Shown: one piece after another, positions 52,817 through 63,518 of the stretch
Layout of the letters: every line of letters starts with the position of its first letter
Position numbering within the stretch: the first letter of the stretch is position 1
Position numbers and translations under genes: made by a program
DNA from: an uncultured delta proteobacterium
Lineage (GTDB): Bacteria; Myxococcota; Myxococcia; Myxococcales; Myxococcaceae
DNA length: 64,000 bases
Reading direction: 5' to 3'
Assembly (NCBI GenBank): GCA_963776345.1
Contig: CAVZMH010000009.1
Location: 1 to 64,000 of the forward strand
The notes under the pieces: model-generated
Databases searched by the model: none
Seen by the model: only the letters and a program-made list of their open reading frames with translations
Told to the model about the DNA's origin: nothing

Positions 52817-53557
52817 ATGCCCGCGCCCACCCGCCCTCCGGACCCCGTGCTGGTCGAAGGCCTCCGCCAGAGGCTGGGCATCGACGCGCTGGACCCGGTG
52901 CAGGGCCTGGCCGCGCTGACCCACAAGAGCTTCGTCAACGAGCACAAGGACGGCGGCGCGGACAACGAGCGGCTGGAGTTCCTCGGGGACGCGGTGGTGG
53001 ACCTCGCGGTGAGCCACCGGCTCATGGAGCGCTTCCCGGGCGCCGACGAGGGCGAGCTGTCGAAGCTGCGGGCGCTGCTGGTGAACGAGGACAGCCTGGC
53101 CCGCGTGGCGCGCCACCTCGGGCTCGGCGACCTCCTCCGGATGGGGCGCGGCGAGGAGCTGACCGGTGGCCGCGACAAGAGCTCGGTGCTCGCCGACGCG
53201 CTCGAGGCGGTGCTCGGCGCGGTGTACCTCAGCGCCGGTCTGCCCGGCGCGCTCTCGGTCGTCGACCGGCTGTTCGGCGACCTGCTCCAGGGCGTGGCGG
53301 AGGGGAAGAGCGGCGAGGACTGGAAGACGCGCCTCCAAGAATTGGTGCAGACGCGCCACCGCCAGTCACCCCGGTACCGGGTGGTCAGCGAGGAGGGCCC
53401 GGACCACTCCAAGACCTTCGAGGTGGAGGTCACGGTGGGCACCGAGCTCTTCGCCCGCGCCCGGGGCCGCTCCAAGAAGGAGGCGGAGCAGGCCGCCGCA
53501 CGTCAAACGTTGACGATGCTCGATTCCGAGGCGAAGAAGGACCCCGGCGCGCGCTGA
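52817..53557 (+). CDS. rnc: Ribonuclease III
   Basis: [27 protein letters not shown], ds[11 protein letters not shown]...GPDH...SKKEAEQ. Confidence 0.97.
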   Translation: MPAPTRPPDPVLVEGLRQRLGIDALDPVQGLAALTHKSFVNEHKDGGADNERLEFLGDAVVDLAVSHRLMERFPGADEGELSKLRALLVNEDSLARVARHLGLGDLLRMGRGEELTGGRDKSSVLADALEAVLGAVYLSAGLPGALSVVDRLFGDLLQGVAEGKSGEDWKTRLQELVQTRHRQSPRYRVVSEEGPDHSKTFEVEVTVGTELFARARGRSKKEAEQAAARQTLTMLDSEAKKDPGAR

Positions 53558-53604
53558 ACCTCCGCGCGCTCGCGCCACCCACCCTCGACCCTGGGGCTCA
53601 ACGA

Positions 53605-54327
53605 ATGCGAATCGCCCGCAGTGCTGCCGTGTCCCTGCTGTTCACCCTGGCCCTGTCCGCCTGCGAGAAGCAGGCCTCGGACCGACCCGCGCCCACCGGG
53701 CAACCGGCCCCGACCCCCGCCGCCCAGACGCCCCCACCGGCGTCGCCTCCGCCCGCGCCGCTGGCGTCCGGCGGCGAGTGGATGAGCAAGGCCGAGGCCG
53801 GCAAGGACCTCTGGGCCACGCTCAAGACCAGCAAGGGGACCATCGTGGTGAAGCTCTTCAGCAAGGACGCCCCGAAGACCGTGGCCAGCTTCGTCGGCCT
53901 GGCCACGGGCGAGAAGGAATGGATCGATCCGCGCGACAACCAGCGGAAGCGGACCCCGCTCTACGACGGCACCGAGTTCCACCGCGTCATCCCCGACTTC
54001 ATGATCCAGGGCGGCGACCCCACCGGCACCGGACGCGGCCAGCCCGGCTTCAGCTTCGCGGACGAGTTCCAGAGCGGCCGCAAGTTCGAGAAGAAGGGCC
54101 TCCTGGCGATGGCCAACCGCGGGCCGGACACCAACGGCAGCCAGTTCTTCATCACCACCTCCACGCCGCACCACCTCGACGGCAAGCACACCATCTTCGG
54201 CGAGGTGATCTCCGGCTATCCGGTGGTGGAGGCCATCTCCCAGGTGAAGACCATGATGGGCAACCGGCCGGCAGACCCGGTGACCCTGGTCTCGGTGACG
54301 GTGTCTGACAAGCCACCCCGGACCTAG
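53605..54327 (+). CDS. Cyclophilin-type peptidyl-prolyl isomerase, lipoprotein
   Basis: LSAC lipobox; [31 protein letters not shown]. Confidence 0.93.
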   Translation: MRIARSAAVSLLFTLALSACEKQASDRPAPTGQPAPTPAAQTPPPASPPPAPLASGGEWMSKAEAGKDLWATLKTSKGTIVVKLFSKDAPKTVASFVGLATGEKEWIDPRDNQRKRTPLYDGTEFHRVIPDFMIQGGDPTGTGRGQPGFSFADEFQSGRKFEKKGLLAMANRGPDTNGSQFFITTSTPHHLDGKHTIFGEVISGYPVVEAISQVKTMMGNRPADPVTLVSVTVSDKPPRT

Positions 54328-54364
54328 TAGAGGGTCGCTCGCGAACGAAAGGACGGAGGGAACG

Positions 54365-54916
<552 letters not shown>

Positions 54917-54972
54917 CCCGGGGCCACACGCCAGGGGGGGCCCGCCCGGGCCTTCTCCAGACCACCTCCTCG

Positions 54973-55917
54973 ATGACCGTCCAGCACTCAGGATTCGCCG
55001 CGCTCGTCGGCCGCCCCAACGTGGGCAAGAGCACGCTCCTCAACCGCCTGGTGGGGGAGAAGATCGCCATCGTCTCCCCCAAGCCGCAGACCACCCGGAC
55101 CCGCATCACCGGGGTGGTGACCCGGCCCGAGGGACAGGTGGCCTTCGTCGACACGCCCGGCATCCACGAGGCGAAGGGCGCGCTCAACAAGGCCATGGTG
55201 GAGGCCGCGCTGGCCACGCTCCAGGACGTCGACGTGGTGCTGTTCCTGGTCGAGCCCGCGCTCGGGCCGGACGGGAAGACGCCGGAGATCACCCCGGGCG
55301 TGCGGGCCATCCTCGAGCGACTCGCCCCGCTCAGGAAGCCCGTCCTCCTGGTGGTGAACAAGGTGGACGCGGTCCCCAGGCCGCTGCTCCTCCCGTTCGT
55401 CGCCACGCTCACCGAGGTGCGGCCGTTCGACGAGGTGCTCTTCGTCTCCGCGCTCACCGGCGACGGGGTGGAGGACCTCCTCCGCACCACGCTGGGGAAG
55501 CTCCCCGAGGGGCCGCTGCTGTTCGACCCCGAGACCTTCACCGATCAACAAGAAATCGGCCTCGCTGCCGAGCTGATCCGCGAGCAGGTGCTCCGGCACT
55601 GCCGGCAGGAGGTTCCCCACTCGGCGGCGGTGGCGGTCGACGCCTTCGACGAGAGCGAGCGCGCGCCGCGCCCGGGCAGCCGCCCCGGTGGGCTCCAGGG
55701 CCTGGTGCGGATCCACGCCACGCTCTTCGTCGAGCGCGAGAGCCAGAAGGCCATCGTCATCGGCAAGCGCGGGGCGATGCTCAAGGCCATCGGCACCGAC
55801 GCGCGGAAGGCCCTGCAGCGGCTCCTCGGGACGCACGTGTACCTGGACCTCCGGGTGAAGGTGGAGCCGCGGTGGACCGAGACCGAGCGCGGGCTGCGGA
55901 AGGTGGGGCTCACGTGA
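54973..55917 (+). CDS. era: GTPase Era
   Basis: GRPNVGKSTL, PQTTR, DTPG, NKVD, KH domain SQKAIVIGKRG. Confidence 0.97.
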   Translation: MTVQHSGFAALVGRPNVGKSTLLNRLVGEKIAIVSPKPQTTRTRITGVVTRPEGQVAFVDTPGIHEAKGALNKAMVEAALATLQDVDVVLFLVEPALGPDGKTPEITPGVRAILERLAPLRKPVLLVVNKVDAVPRPLLLPFVATLTEVRPFDEVLFVSALTGDGVEDLLRTTLGKLPEGPLLFDPETFTDQQEIGLAAELIREQVLRHCRQEVPHSAAVAVDAFDESERAPRPGSRPGGLQGLVRIHATLFVERESQKAIVIGKRGAMLKAIGTDARKALQRLLGTHVYLDLRVKVEPRWTETERGLRKVGLT

Positions 55918-57284
55918 GGCCGCTGGTCGCCATCCTCGGCCGCCCCAACGTGGGAAAGAGCACACTGTTCAACCGCCTCGCCGAGCGGCGGCTGGCGCTG
56001 GTCCAGGACGTCCCGGGCGTCACCCGCGACCGGCACTACGCGGACACCGAGTGGCAGGGGCGCCCGCTGGCCGTCGTGGACACCGGCGGCTTCGTGCCGG
56101 ACGAGGAGGGCGGGCTCGCCGCCCAGGTGCGAGCCCAGGCGGAGCTGGCCGCCGCGGAGGCCGACGTCGTCCTGATGGTGGTGGACGGGCGCGCCGGCCC
56201 GACCGGCGTCGACGAGTCGCTCGCCCGGGCGCTCCGTCGCACCGGCAAGCCAGTGCTCCTGGTGGTCAACAAGCTGGACTCACCGGCAGCCGCCGAAACC
56301 GGAACCGGCGACTTCTACCGGCTGGGCATTCGGGAGGTGTTTCCGGTCTCCGCCGAGCACGCCCTCGGCTTTGACGCCTTGCTGGATGCGGTGGTGGCCC
56401 GTCTCCCGGAAGCCGCCGCCCCCGCGGAGACGCCGGCCGCCGACGAGGCCGCGCCGGTCCGCCTCACCATCCTCGGCCGGCCGAACGTGGGGAAGAGCAC
56501 GCTCCTGAACGCCCTGCTCCACGAGGAGCGGGTGGTCGTCAGCCCCGAGCCCGGCACCACCCGTGACCCCATCGACACCACGCTGATCCACAACGGGCGG
56601 CGCTTCGTCCTCACCGACACCGCGGGCATCCGCCGCCGGAAGGCCATGGGGGAGGGCGTGGAGAAGCTCAGCGTCCTGGCGGCCCTCCGGAGCATGGAGC
56701 GGGCCGAGGTCGCGGTCCTGGTGCTCGACGGCACCGAGCCGGGCGTGGACCAGGACGCGCGCCTCGCCGGCCTCGTCGCCGAGCGGGCCCGGGCGCTCCT
56801 GGTGGTGGTGAACAAGTGGGACCTGGTGGCAAAGGACCCCCGGACCGAGAAGAGGACCCGTGAGGAGCTGAAGTGGACGCTGAAGTTCGTGTCCTACGCG
56901 CCCATCGTCTTCGTCAGCGCCCTCACCGGTGCCAAGGTGGAGAAGGTGCTCGACCTCGCCGCCGAGCTTCAGGACTCGTTCCACCTCCGTACCCCGACCC
57001 CGGCGCTGAACAAGCTCCTGGCCCACGTCGTCGACGCGCACCCGGCGCCCATCGTCGGGGGCCGGCCGCTCCGGCTGTACTACATCGCCCAGGTGGGGAC
57101 CGCGCCGCCGGCCTTCGCCATCACCACCAACCGCCCGGAGAAGGTCCCCGAGGCCTACAAGCGGTACCTTTCCAACCAGCTCCGCGAGGCGTTCGGACTG
57201 CGCGTCCCCATCCAGCTGTTCTTCCGGGAGAAGCCAGGCAAGGCGAAGCGGGCCGCCCGCAAGCGCCCTCACGCCCGTCGTTGA
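55914..57284 (+). CDS. der: Ribosome biogenesis GTPase Der
   Basis: Two GRPNVGKSTL G domains (GVTRD/DTGG; GTTRD/DTAG/NKWD). Confidence 0.97.
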   Translation: MRPLVAILGRPNVGKSTLFNRLAERRLALVQDVPGVTRDRHYADTEWQGRPLAVVDTGGFVPDEEGGLAAQVRAQAELAAAEADVVLMVVDGRAGPTGVDESLARALRRTGKPVLLVVNKLDSPAAAETGTGDFYRLGIREVFPVSAEHALGFDALLDAVVARLPEAAAPAETPAADEAAPVRLTILGRPNVGKSTLLNALLHEERVVVSPEPGTTRDPIDTTLIHNGRRFVLTDTAGIRRRKAMGEGVEKLSVLAALRSMERAEVAVLVLDGTEPGVDQDARLAGLVAERARALLVVVNKWDLVAKDPRTEKRTREELKWTLKFVSYAPIVFVSALTGAKVEKVLDLAAELQDSFHLRTPTPALNKLLAHVVDAHPAPIVGGRPLRLYYIAQVGTAPPAFAITTNRPEKVPEAYKRYLSNQLREAFGLRVPIQLFFREKPGKAKRAARKRPHARR

Positions 57285-57357
57285 CGTCCAAGCATCCGGA
57301 TCTCTACAGTGCGCGCCCTTTCCGGGCCCCCAGCCAAGAAGGACACCAGGACACCAC

Positions 57358-58134
57358 GTGGCACAGGATCGGATGAGTCGAAAGGAGCTCCGCGCGCCGG
57401 ACGCGTTCCAGCGGGCGGGGCTCGAGGCCCGGAGCTGGATCTCCACCCGCAAGGGGCTGTTGGTCGGGGCGGTGGTCGCGGTCATCGTCCCGCTGTTCGG
57501 CATCGCCCTGGCCCGGACGCTTTCGGACCGACGGGAGGTGAAGGCGCGCACTGCCCTGGGCACGGCCATCGGCGTGCTCTCCCGGCCGGTGCAGGCGGAC
57601 CTGCCCCCCGGGGCGACGGACGACCCGGCCCCGTTCAAGTCGGCGCAGGAGCGGGACCAGGCCGCGGTCACCGCGCTCGCCGGCGTGCTCGCCAGCTTCC
57701 CGGGGAGCAAGGCCGCGGTCACCGCCAGCCTCCCGCTCGCCGCCGCCGAGGTGCGCCTCGGGCAGCTCGACGCGGCCATCGGCCACTTCGAGGCGTACCT
57801 CCGGGAGGCGCCGTCGACGGAGCCCCTCCGGGTGAGCGCGCTCGACGGGCTCGGCCACGCCCGGGAGGCGAAGGGCGACCTGCCGCAGGCCCTCGACGCC
57901 TACGAGCGGATGTCGCGCGAGGAGGGCTCCGGGTTCGAGGCCGGGATGGGCGCCTTCCACCGGGCCCGCGTGCTCGCGCTGATCGGGAAGAAGCAGGAGG
58001 CCGCCCAGGCCTTCGCCGAGCTGGTGGCGGCAAACCCGGGGACTCCCGCGGCCCGCCTCGGCCAGGAGCGGCTCGCGGCGCTCGAGGCCGAGGGCTTCAA
58101 GGCCACCGTCGCCCCGAAGCCGGACGCGGGATGA
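57358..58134 (+). CDS. TPR membrane-anchored protein (YfgM-like)
   Basis: RKELRAPDAF, single TM, TPR helices; upstream of a bamB-like gene. Confidence 0.75.
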   Translation: MAQDRMSRKELRAPDAFQRAGLEARSWISTRKGLLVGAVVAVIVPLFGIALARTLSDRREVKARTALGTAIGVLSRPVQADLPPGATDDPAPFKSAQERDQAAVTALAGVLASFPGSKAAVTASLPLAAAEVRLGQLDAAIGHFEAYLREAPSTEPLRVSALDGLGHAREAKGDLPQALDAYERMSREEGSGFEAGMGAFHRARVLALIGKKQEAAQAFAELVAANPGTPAARLGQERLAALEAEGFKATVAPKPDAG

Positions 58135-59273
58135 CGCGCGCCGCGCTCGCCGCCGCTGCGCTCGCGGTCCTGGGCGGATGCGTCTCGGGCCGTGCCCCGG
58201 TGCTGGCGGACCCGTTCTCGCGGGCTCCGGCCGCGCCGCTGGCGGTCTTCACCGTCGACTACTGGCACCCGATGGTGGAGACCTCCACCATGGAGTTCGT
58301 CCCTCGCGAGTTCGCCAGCCCCGCCGTCGACCCCACCTCGGGCCGGGTGGTGGTGGGCACGCGCGACGGCGTCCTCCGCAGCGTGACCGCCGAGGGCCGG
58401 GTGAAGTGGGCCCTCTCCACGCCGGCGCCGTTCTTCGCCGGGGTGCTGATCCGCGACGGGGTGGTCTACGTGCCCGGCGGTGACGGGGTGCTCCGGGCGC
58501 TCAAGGCCGACACCGGGGCGCTTCTCTGGAGCTACGACTGCGGTGAAGAGCTGGTCACCGTGCCCGTGCTGGCCGAGGACCGGGTGATGGTCGCCTCCCA
58601 GTCGGCCACGCTCTTCGCGGTCAACGCCGCGGACGGGAAGTGGGCGTGGCAGTACCGCCGCACCCCGCCGGCGGGCTTCATCCTCCGCGGCGCGAGCACC
58701 CCCGTGGTTCGGGAGGGCATCGTCTACCTGGGCTTCTCGGACGGGCACGCCGCGGCGCTCGAGGCGAAGACCGGCGGCGCGGTCTGGGACCGGGTGCTCT
58801 CCACCGGGACCCAGTTCATCGACGTGAGCAGCACGCCGGGGTTCGACGCCGGCGGGCACCTCATCGTCGCCTCGTACAAGGACGGCCTCTTCGCCCTGGA
58901 CGCCAAGACGGGCGACACCGTGTGGCAGAGCAGCGGGTTGGGCCTGGCGTACGTGGTGGTCCGCGGGGGCGTCATCTTCGCCGCCGGCGAGGACCGCATC
59001 GCGGCCTTCAGCTCCGAGACCGGGAAGAACATCTGGATCACCCAGCTGCCGGACCGCGCGGGCCAGCAGCCGGCGTTCGCCTCGGGGCTCCTGCTCGTTC
59101 CCACCGGGAAGGCGCTGCTCTTCATGGACCCGGTGACCGGGAAGATCCTCCGCCGCTTCGACCCGGGGAAGGGCGTCACCGCGACGCCGGGGGTGTACGG
59201 ACCGGACGCGCTGGTCCTGTCCAACCTCGGCTTCGTCTACGGACTGCACGTCACCCAGCCCGGGACGCTGTGA
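58131..59273 (+). CDS. PQQ-like beta-propeller lipoprotein (BamB-like)
   Basis: LGGC lipobox; repeated A[LV]dA.TG...W blades. Confidence 0.85.
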   Translation: MTRAALAAAALAVLGGCVSGRAPVLADPFSRAPAAPLAVFTVDYWHPMVETSTMEFVPREFASPAVDPTSGRVVVGTRDGVLRSVTAEGRVKWALSTPAPFFAGVLIRDGVVYVPGGDGVLRALKADTGALLWSYDCGEELVTVPVLAEDRVMVASQSATLFAVNAADGKWAWQYRRTPPAGFILRGASTPVVREGIVYLGFSDGHAAALEAKTGGAVWDRVLSTGTQFIDVSSTPGFDAGGHLIVASYKDGLFALDAKTGDTVWQSSGLGLAYVVVRGGVIFAAGEDRIAAFSSETGKNIWITQLPDRAGQQPAFASGLLLVPTGKALLFMDPVTGKILRRFDPGKGVTATPGVYGPDALVLSNLGFVYGLHVTQPGTL

Positions 59274-59683
59274 CCCGGGAGGTCCGGGTGGTGGCGGCGC
59301 TGATCGAGACCGCCCCGGGCCGCTTCCTCGTCCAGCAGCGGCTGCCCGGCAAGAGTCGCGCGCTCCTCTGGGAGTTCCCGGGTGGCAAGGTGGAGCCCGG
59401 GGAGACCGACGCCGAGGCGCTGATCCGCGAGGCCCGCGAGGAGCTGGGGGTGGCGCTCGAGGTCGGTGAGGAACGCTTCCAGGTCCGCCACGCCTACCAG
59501 GACCTGACGGTGGACCTGCACCTCTACGCGGCGCGCATCCGGGCGGGCACCCCGGCGCCCCTCGGGGCCCATGCCCTGCGCGCGGCGACGCCGGGGGAGA
59601 TGCTGGCCATGCCGTTCTGCGAGGCCGACCTCCCGCTCCTCCGCCAGCTCGCGTCGGAGGGCCAGGGCAGGCTGGGCGGGTGA
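59270..59683 (+). CDS. NUDIX hydrolase (MutT/NudG-like)
   Basis: WEFPGGKVEPGETDAEALIREAREELG. Confidence 0.92.
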   Translation: MTREVRVVAALIETAPGRFLVQQRLPGKSRALLWEFPGGKVEPGETDAEALIREAREELGVALEVGEERFQVRHAYQDLTVDLHLYAARIRAGTPAPLGAHALRAATPGEMLAMPFCEADLPLLRQLASEGQGRLGG

Positions 59684-60546
59684 TCCGCCGGACCTTCCAG
59701 CTCGTCCCGGGCATCGGCCCCTGGCGGGAGAAGGACCTCTGGGCCCGGGGCCTCGAGACCTGGGACGCGGTGCGGACCGGCGGCGCGGCCGAGCTGGGAC
59801 CCCGGCTCCACGCCGAGCTGCTCGCCGGCATCGACCGGGCGGAGGCATCGCTCGACCGGGGAGACCTCGGCGCGCTGGTCCGCGCGCTGCCGGCCCGGGA
59901 GCGCTGGCGGCTCTGGCCGCTGGTCGCCGACGAGGCGCTCTGCCTGGACATCGAGGCGGACGGGGTGGGGGAGCGGCAGCGGCCCACGGTGGCCGGCTGC
60001 CTCGACGTGGACACGCTGGTGACCTTCATCGACGGCCGGACCCTGGACGCGCTGCCGGAGCGGCTCGCCGGGCGGCGGGTCTGGGTGACGTTCAACGGCG
60101 CCTCCTTCGACCTGCCAGTCCTGCGGCACGCCTTCCCCGGGCTGCCCGAACCCGTGCTCCACCTGGATCTCAGGCCGCTCTGCCGGCGCGTCGGGCTCGG
60201 CGGGGGCCTCAAGTCGGTCGAGGACCGGCTAGGCATCGCCCGCCCGCCCCACCTGCGCGGGCGGAGCGGCATGGACGCGGTGCTGCTCTGGCGCGCGTAC
60301 CACGCGACCGGCGACGTGGAGGCCCTGCGGTTCCTCGTCGAGTACAACCTGTACGACGCGTTCCAGCTCCGGGCGGTGGCGGACCACGCCTTCAACCGCG
60401 CCGCCGAGCGGCTCCACTGGCCCGACCGGGTGCAGCCCTGGGAACGGGGTGCCGTCCTCTACGACCTGAGCCGGCTTCTGCTCGCGCTCGAGCCGACGGC
60501 CCGGGACCAGGCCCGGGCCGAGGCGCTGCGCTCGGCCGACGTCTGA
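59680..60546 (+). CDS. RNase H-like (YprB / RNase_H_2) exonuclease-domain protein
   Basis: PGIG HhH-like start, LDIE, TFNGASFDLP, HLDL, GGLKSVE, YNLYD. Confidence 0.85.
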   Translation: MIRRTFQLVPGIGPWREKDLWARGLETWDAVRTGGAAELGPRLHAELLAGIDRAEASLDRGDLGALVRALPARERWRLWPLVADEALCLDIEADGVGERQRPTVAGCLDVDTLVTFIDGRTLDALPERLAGRRVWVTFNGASFDLPVLRHAFPGLPEPVLHLDLRPLCRRVGLGGGLKSVEDRLGIARPPHLRGRSGMDAVLLWRAYHATGDVEALRFLVEYNLYDAFQLRAVADHAFNRAAERLHWPDRVQPWERGAVLYDLSRLLLALEPTARDQARAEALRSADV

Positions 60547-60818
60547 TCGGCGGCGCACGAGGTCGACGGCTCGCACCCCTCGCCGGTCGGCTGCTACGCT
60601 CGGGAGCGCCTCCGGGGGGTTCCTGAGTCCCGTACCCGCCGCATCCCATTCCCCCCGACCTGCTCCCGCCCGCGCGGCGCTGAGCCGGCACCGAACGGAA
60701 CTCATCGGCGAAAGAAGGCGAGGAGCCCCCATGCGCCTGGCTGCTGGAGCGGGCTGCGTCCGAGGGACGCACGTCTTCCGCTGGCCCTGGCCCGTGAGGT
60801 AGGCCACCGCCCGTCCAC

Positions 60819-61955
60819 ATGCCCCGTCGCGTCCTCGTCCTCGCCACCGTCGCTGCAGGTCTCGCCGTCGTCGCCCTCGAGCTGGTCATGCGGTGGGTGG
60901 CCGCACAGCCTCCCGAGGGTGCGCAGGTCATCCACCGCCTCGCCCGGAACCCGGGCGAGCCGCTTCCGACCCTCTGGCCCGTGCCGTCGTACCGGCTGGT
61001 GGACCAGGCCGGTCGGACCCGGACGCCGGACGAGCTGCGCGGGTCGGTGTGGATCGCCGACTTCATCTTCACCAGCTGCAAGAGCGTCTGCCCGGTGCTC
61101 TCGGCGAGGATGGTGCAGGTCCAGCGGGCCATCCAGGACCCGCGCCTGAAGTTCGTCAGCTTCTCGGTCGACCCCGAGCGCGACACGCCCGAGGCGCTCC
61201 GGGCCTACGCCGCGCGCTGGGCGCCGGACGAGTCGCGCTGGACGCTCCTCGCCACCACCAAGGAGAGCCTCGTGGACCTGGCGAAGGGGATGAAGACCTT
61301 CGTCGAGCGCCAGCCCGACCCCGACGCCACGCTCCACACCACCGAGATGTTCCTGGTCGACGCGCAGGGCCGCGTTCGCGGGCTGTACGGCACCGATGCC
61401 GACGCGTTTCCCCAGCTCATCCCGGATGCCCGGCGACTCCTCGGAGAGCTCGCGGGCGGCCCGCAGGCCAGCGCACCGGGCGAGGGCGCCGAGGCCGGGG
61501 ACGGGACCACGCTCTACCGGCAGCTCGGCTGCGCCGGATGCCACGAGGTCCCCGCCATCGCCCCCTCGCTCGCCGGTCTCGCTGGCCGCACGGTCATGCT
61601 CGCCGACGGCCGCACGGCGCTGGCGAACGCCGAGTACCTCCGCGAGTCGCTCCTCGAGCCGGACGCCAAGGTCGTGGCGACGTACCCACCGTCGATGCCC
61701 AGCTACCGCGGCCACCTCTCGGAGGCCCAGGTGACGGCGCTGGTCCAGCACCTCCAGGGCTGGAAGGCGCCCCCGGAGTCCGGCGCCCCGGCGACCGTCG
61801 CCAGCGAGGGCGCGGCGGTGGACCCGGTCTGCGGCATGCAGGTTCACGCCGGACCGGACACCCCGCACGTCACCCACGACGGGCACACCGTGTACTTCTG
61901 CTCCGAGCACTGCCGGGAGCGGTTCGTCGCCAATCCGGGCGCCTTCGCCCGCTGA
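60819..61955 (+). CDS. SCO1/SenC - cytochrome c - YHS fusion protein
   Basis: FIFTSCKSVCP, SVDPERDT, LHT (SCO); CAGCH...SMPSY (cytochrome c); DPVCGM...YFCSEHC (YHS). Confidence 0.88.
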   Translation: MPRRVLVLATVAAGLAVVALELVMRWVAAQPPEGAQVIHRLARNPGEPLPTLWPVPSYRLVDQAGRTRTPDELRGSVWIADFIFTSCKSVCPVLSARMVQVQRAIQDPRLKFVSFSVDPERDTPEALRAYAARWAPDESRWTLLATTKESLVDLAKGMKTFVERQPDPDATLHTTEMFLVDAQGRVRGLYGTDADAFPQLIPDARRLLGELAGGPQASAPGEGAEAGDGTTLYRQLGCAGCHEVPAIAPSLAGLAGRTVMLADGRTALANAEYLRESLLEPDAKVVATYPPSMPSYRGHLSEAQVTALVQHLQGWKAPPESGAPATVASEGAAVDPVCGMQVHAGPDTPHVTHDGHTVYFCSEHCRERFVANPGAFAR

Positions 61956-61966
61956 CCGCCCCCACG

Positions 61967-62497
61967 TCAGTGCTGCCGGCGCTTCTTCCGGTGCGGAGGA
62001 GGGGGCTTCGGCCGCTCGCGCTCGCCGCTGGTCTGGAACTCGAGCCGCTGCTCGGGCACCTCCTTGCCGCTGCCGTCGTCGAACGTCGCGCCCGACTGCG
62101 CGTCGACGAGCACCGCGTACCGGTGGCCGGGCTCGAGCGGCTTGAGGAGATCGATGTGGTAGCGGAACGCGGTCGGGCTCTCCTCGGGCACGTCGTCCGA
62201 CTCGAGCGCCCGGTCCGACTCGTCCAGCACCCGGATGCGCGCGTTGTGGAGCGGCCGGTTGCTCTCCACCAGGAGCTGCCGCGACGGTGAGACCACCGGG
62301 GTCTCCAGCCCGAGCAGGGCGTGGCGCTCGGTCCCGCCGTCCGGAAGGGTCGCCAGGAGATCCAGGGCCAGGGGCACCGTCGGCCCGGCATCGACCACGG
62401 CTGCCACCGGACCGGCGTCCGGCGCCGCAGGCTGGGTCCTCGGGCAGCCGGTGGCCACCAGCGCGAGCGCCCAGAGCCCCACCTTCCACGTGCGCAT
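61967..62497 (-). CDS. Hypothetical lipoprotein (Ig-like C-terminal region)
   Basis: MRTWKVGLWALALVATGC lipobox; PLEPGHRY...FQT. Confidence 0.65.
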   Translation of the reverse strand: MRTWKVGLWALALVATGCPRTQPAAPDAGPVAAVVDAGPTVPLALDLLATLPDGGTERHALLGLETPVVSPSRQLLVESNRPLHNARIRVLDESDRALESDDVPEESPTAFRYHIDLLKPLEPGHRYAVLVDAQSGATFDDGSGKEVPEQRLEFQTSGERERPKPPPPHRKKRRQH

Positions 62498-62525
62498 CGA
62501 GCCGTGGACGTTAGCTTGCCGGGCC

Positions 62526-63518
62526 ATGGCGGACACGCTCCGGTTCAGGAACCTCGACGGGTCGGGCGCGGTCTCGTTCGGCCGCGTGCTGCGGTGGGCC
62601 CTGGTGGACCGGCTCGCGGGCCGGCGACGCCGGGCTCCTGCCCGGGCCCCGGTTCCAGAGGTCCGGGCCGACGCCGAGGCGCTGCGGAAGCCGCCGCTCG
62701 ATGGACTGAGGGTCACCTGGCTCGGACACGCGAGCTGGCTCGTCCAGGGCGCCAGCACCTCGGTGCTCATCGACCCGGCCCTCGGCCCCCGCATCTCCGG
62801 GGTCATCCCCCGGAATGCCGGGCCCGGGCTCGCGGTGGACGCGCTCCCGCGCATCGACGCCTCGCTGGTCACCCACAACCACTACGACCACCTGGACCTC
62901 CCCACGCTCCGGGCGGTCGGCGCACCGGTCGTCGCCGGGCTGGGCACGCGGCCGAACCTGCGCGGCCTTCCCTGCAGCGAGCTGGGCTGGTGGGACCGCC
63001 AGCACGTGGGAGGCCTGCAGATCACCTTCGTGCCGAGCCAGCACTGGAGCCGGCGCGGCGTGGCGGACATCAACCGGGCGCTGTGGGGCGGCTTCGTGGT
63101 CGAGGGCGGCGGCGCGCGCGTCTACCATGCCGGCGACACCGCGTACTTCGGCGGGTTCAAGGAGCTCGGCCAGCGCTTCCCCGCGCTCGACGCCGCGCTC
63201 CTCCCCATCGGCGCCTACGACCCGGAGTGGTTCATGCGGCCGCAGCACATGAACCCCGAGGACGCGGTCCAGGCCTTCGTCGATCTCGGCGCGCGGCGGC
63301 TGGTGGCGATGCACTGGGGGACCTTCAAGCTCACCGACGAGCCGCTCGACGAGCCGCCGAAGCGTCTCCGCGCCGCCTGGGAGCGACGCGGGCTTCCCGA
63401 GGACGCGCTCGCCATCCCGGCCATCGGCGAGTCGCTGGAGCTCCCCGGAGGCGAGGCGACGGTCGTGGAGGCCGGGAGCGGCAGCGGGGCGCCGCCCGGG
63501 GCTCAGGCGGCCGACTGA
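62526..63518 (+). CDS. MBL-fold metallo-hydrolase (NAPE-PLD/RomA-like)
   Basis: TWLGHAS, THNHYDHLD, QHWSRR, YHAGDT, LPIGAY, HMNPE, MHWGTF. Confidence 0.9.
   Translation: MADTLRFRNLDGSGAVSFGRVLRWALVDRLAGRRRRAPARAPVPEVRADAEALRKPPLDGLRVTWLGHASWLVQGASTSVLIDPALGPRISGVIPRNAGPGLAVDALPRIDASLVTHNHYDHLDLPTLRAVGAPVVAGLGTRPNLRGLPCSELGWWDRQHVGGLQITFVPSQHWSRRGVADINRALWGGFVVEGGGARVYHAGDTAYFGGFKELGQRFPALDAALLPIGAYDPEWFMRPQHMNPEDAVQAFVDLGARRLVAMHWGTFKLTDEPLDEPPKRLRAAWERRGLPEDALAIPAIGESLELPGGEATVVEAGSGSGAPPGAQAAD

Noticed and set aside
60547..60818. Intergenic gap with TGCGTCC-gag-GGACGCA hairpin
   Set aside because: A single short hairpin with no U-tract and no tRNA or ncRNA signature.
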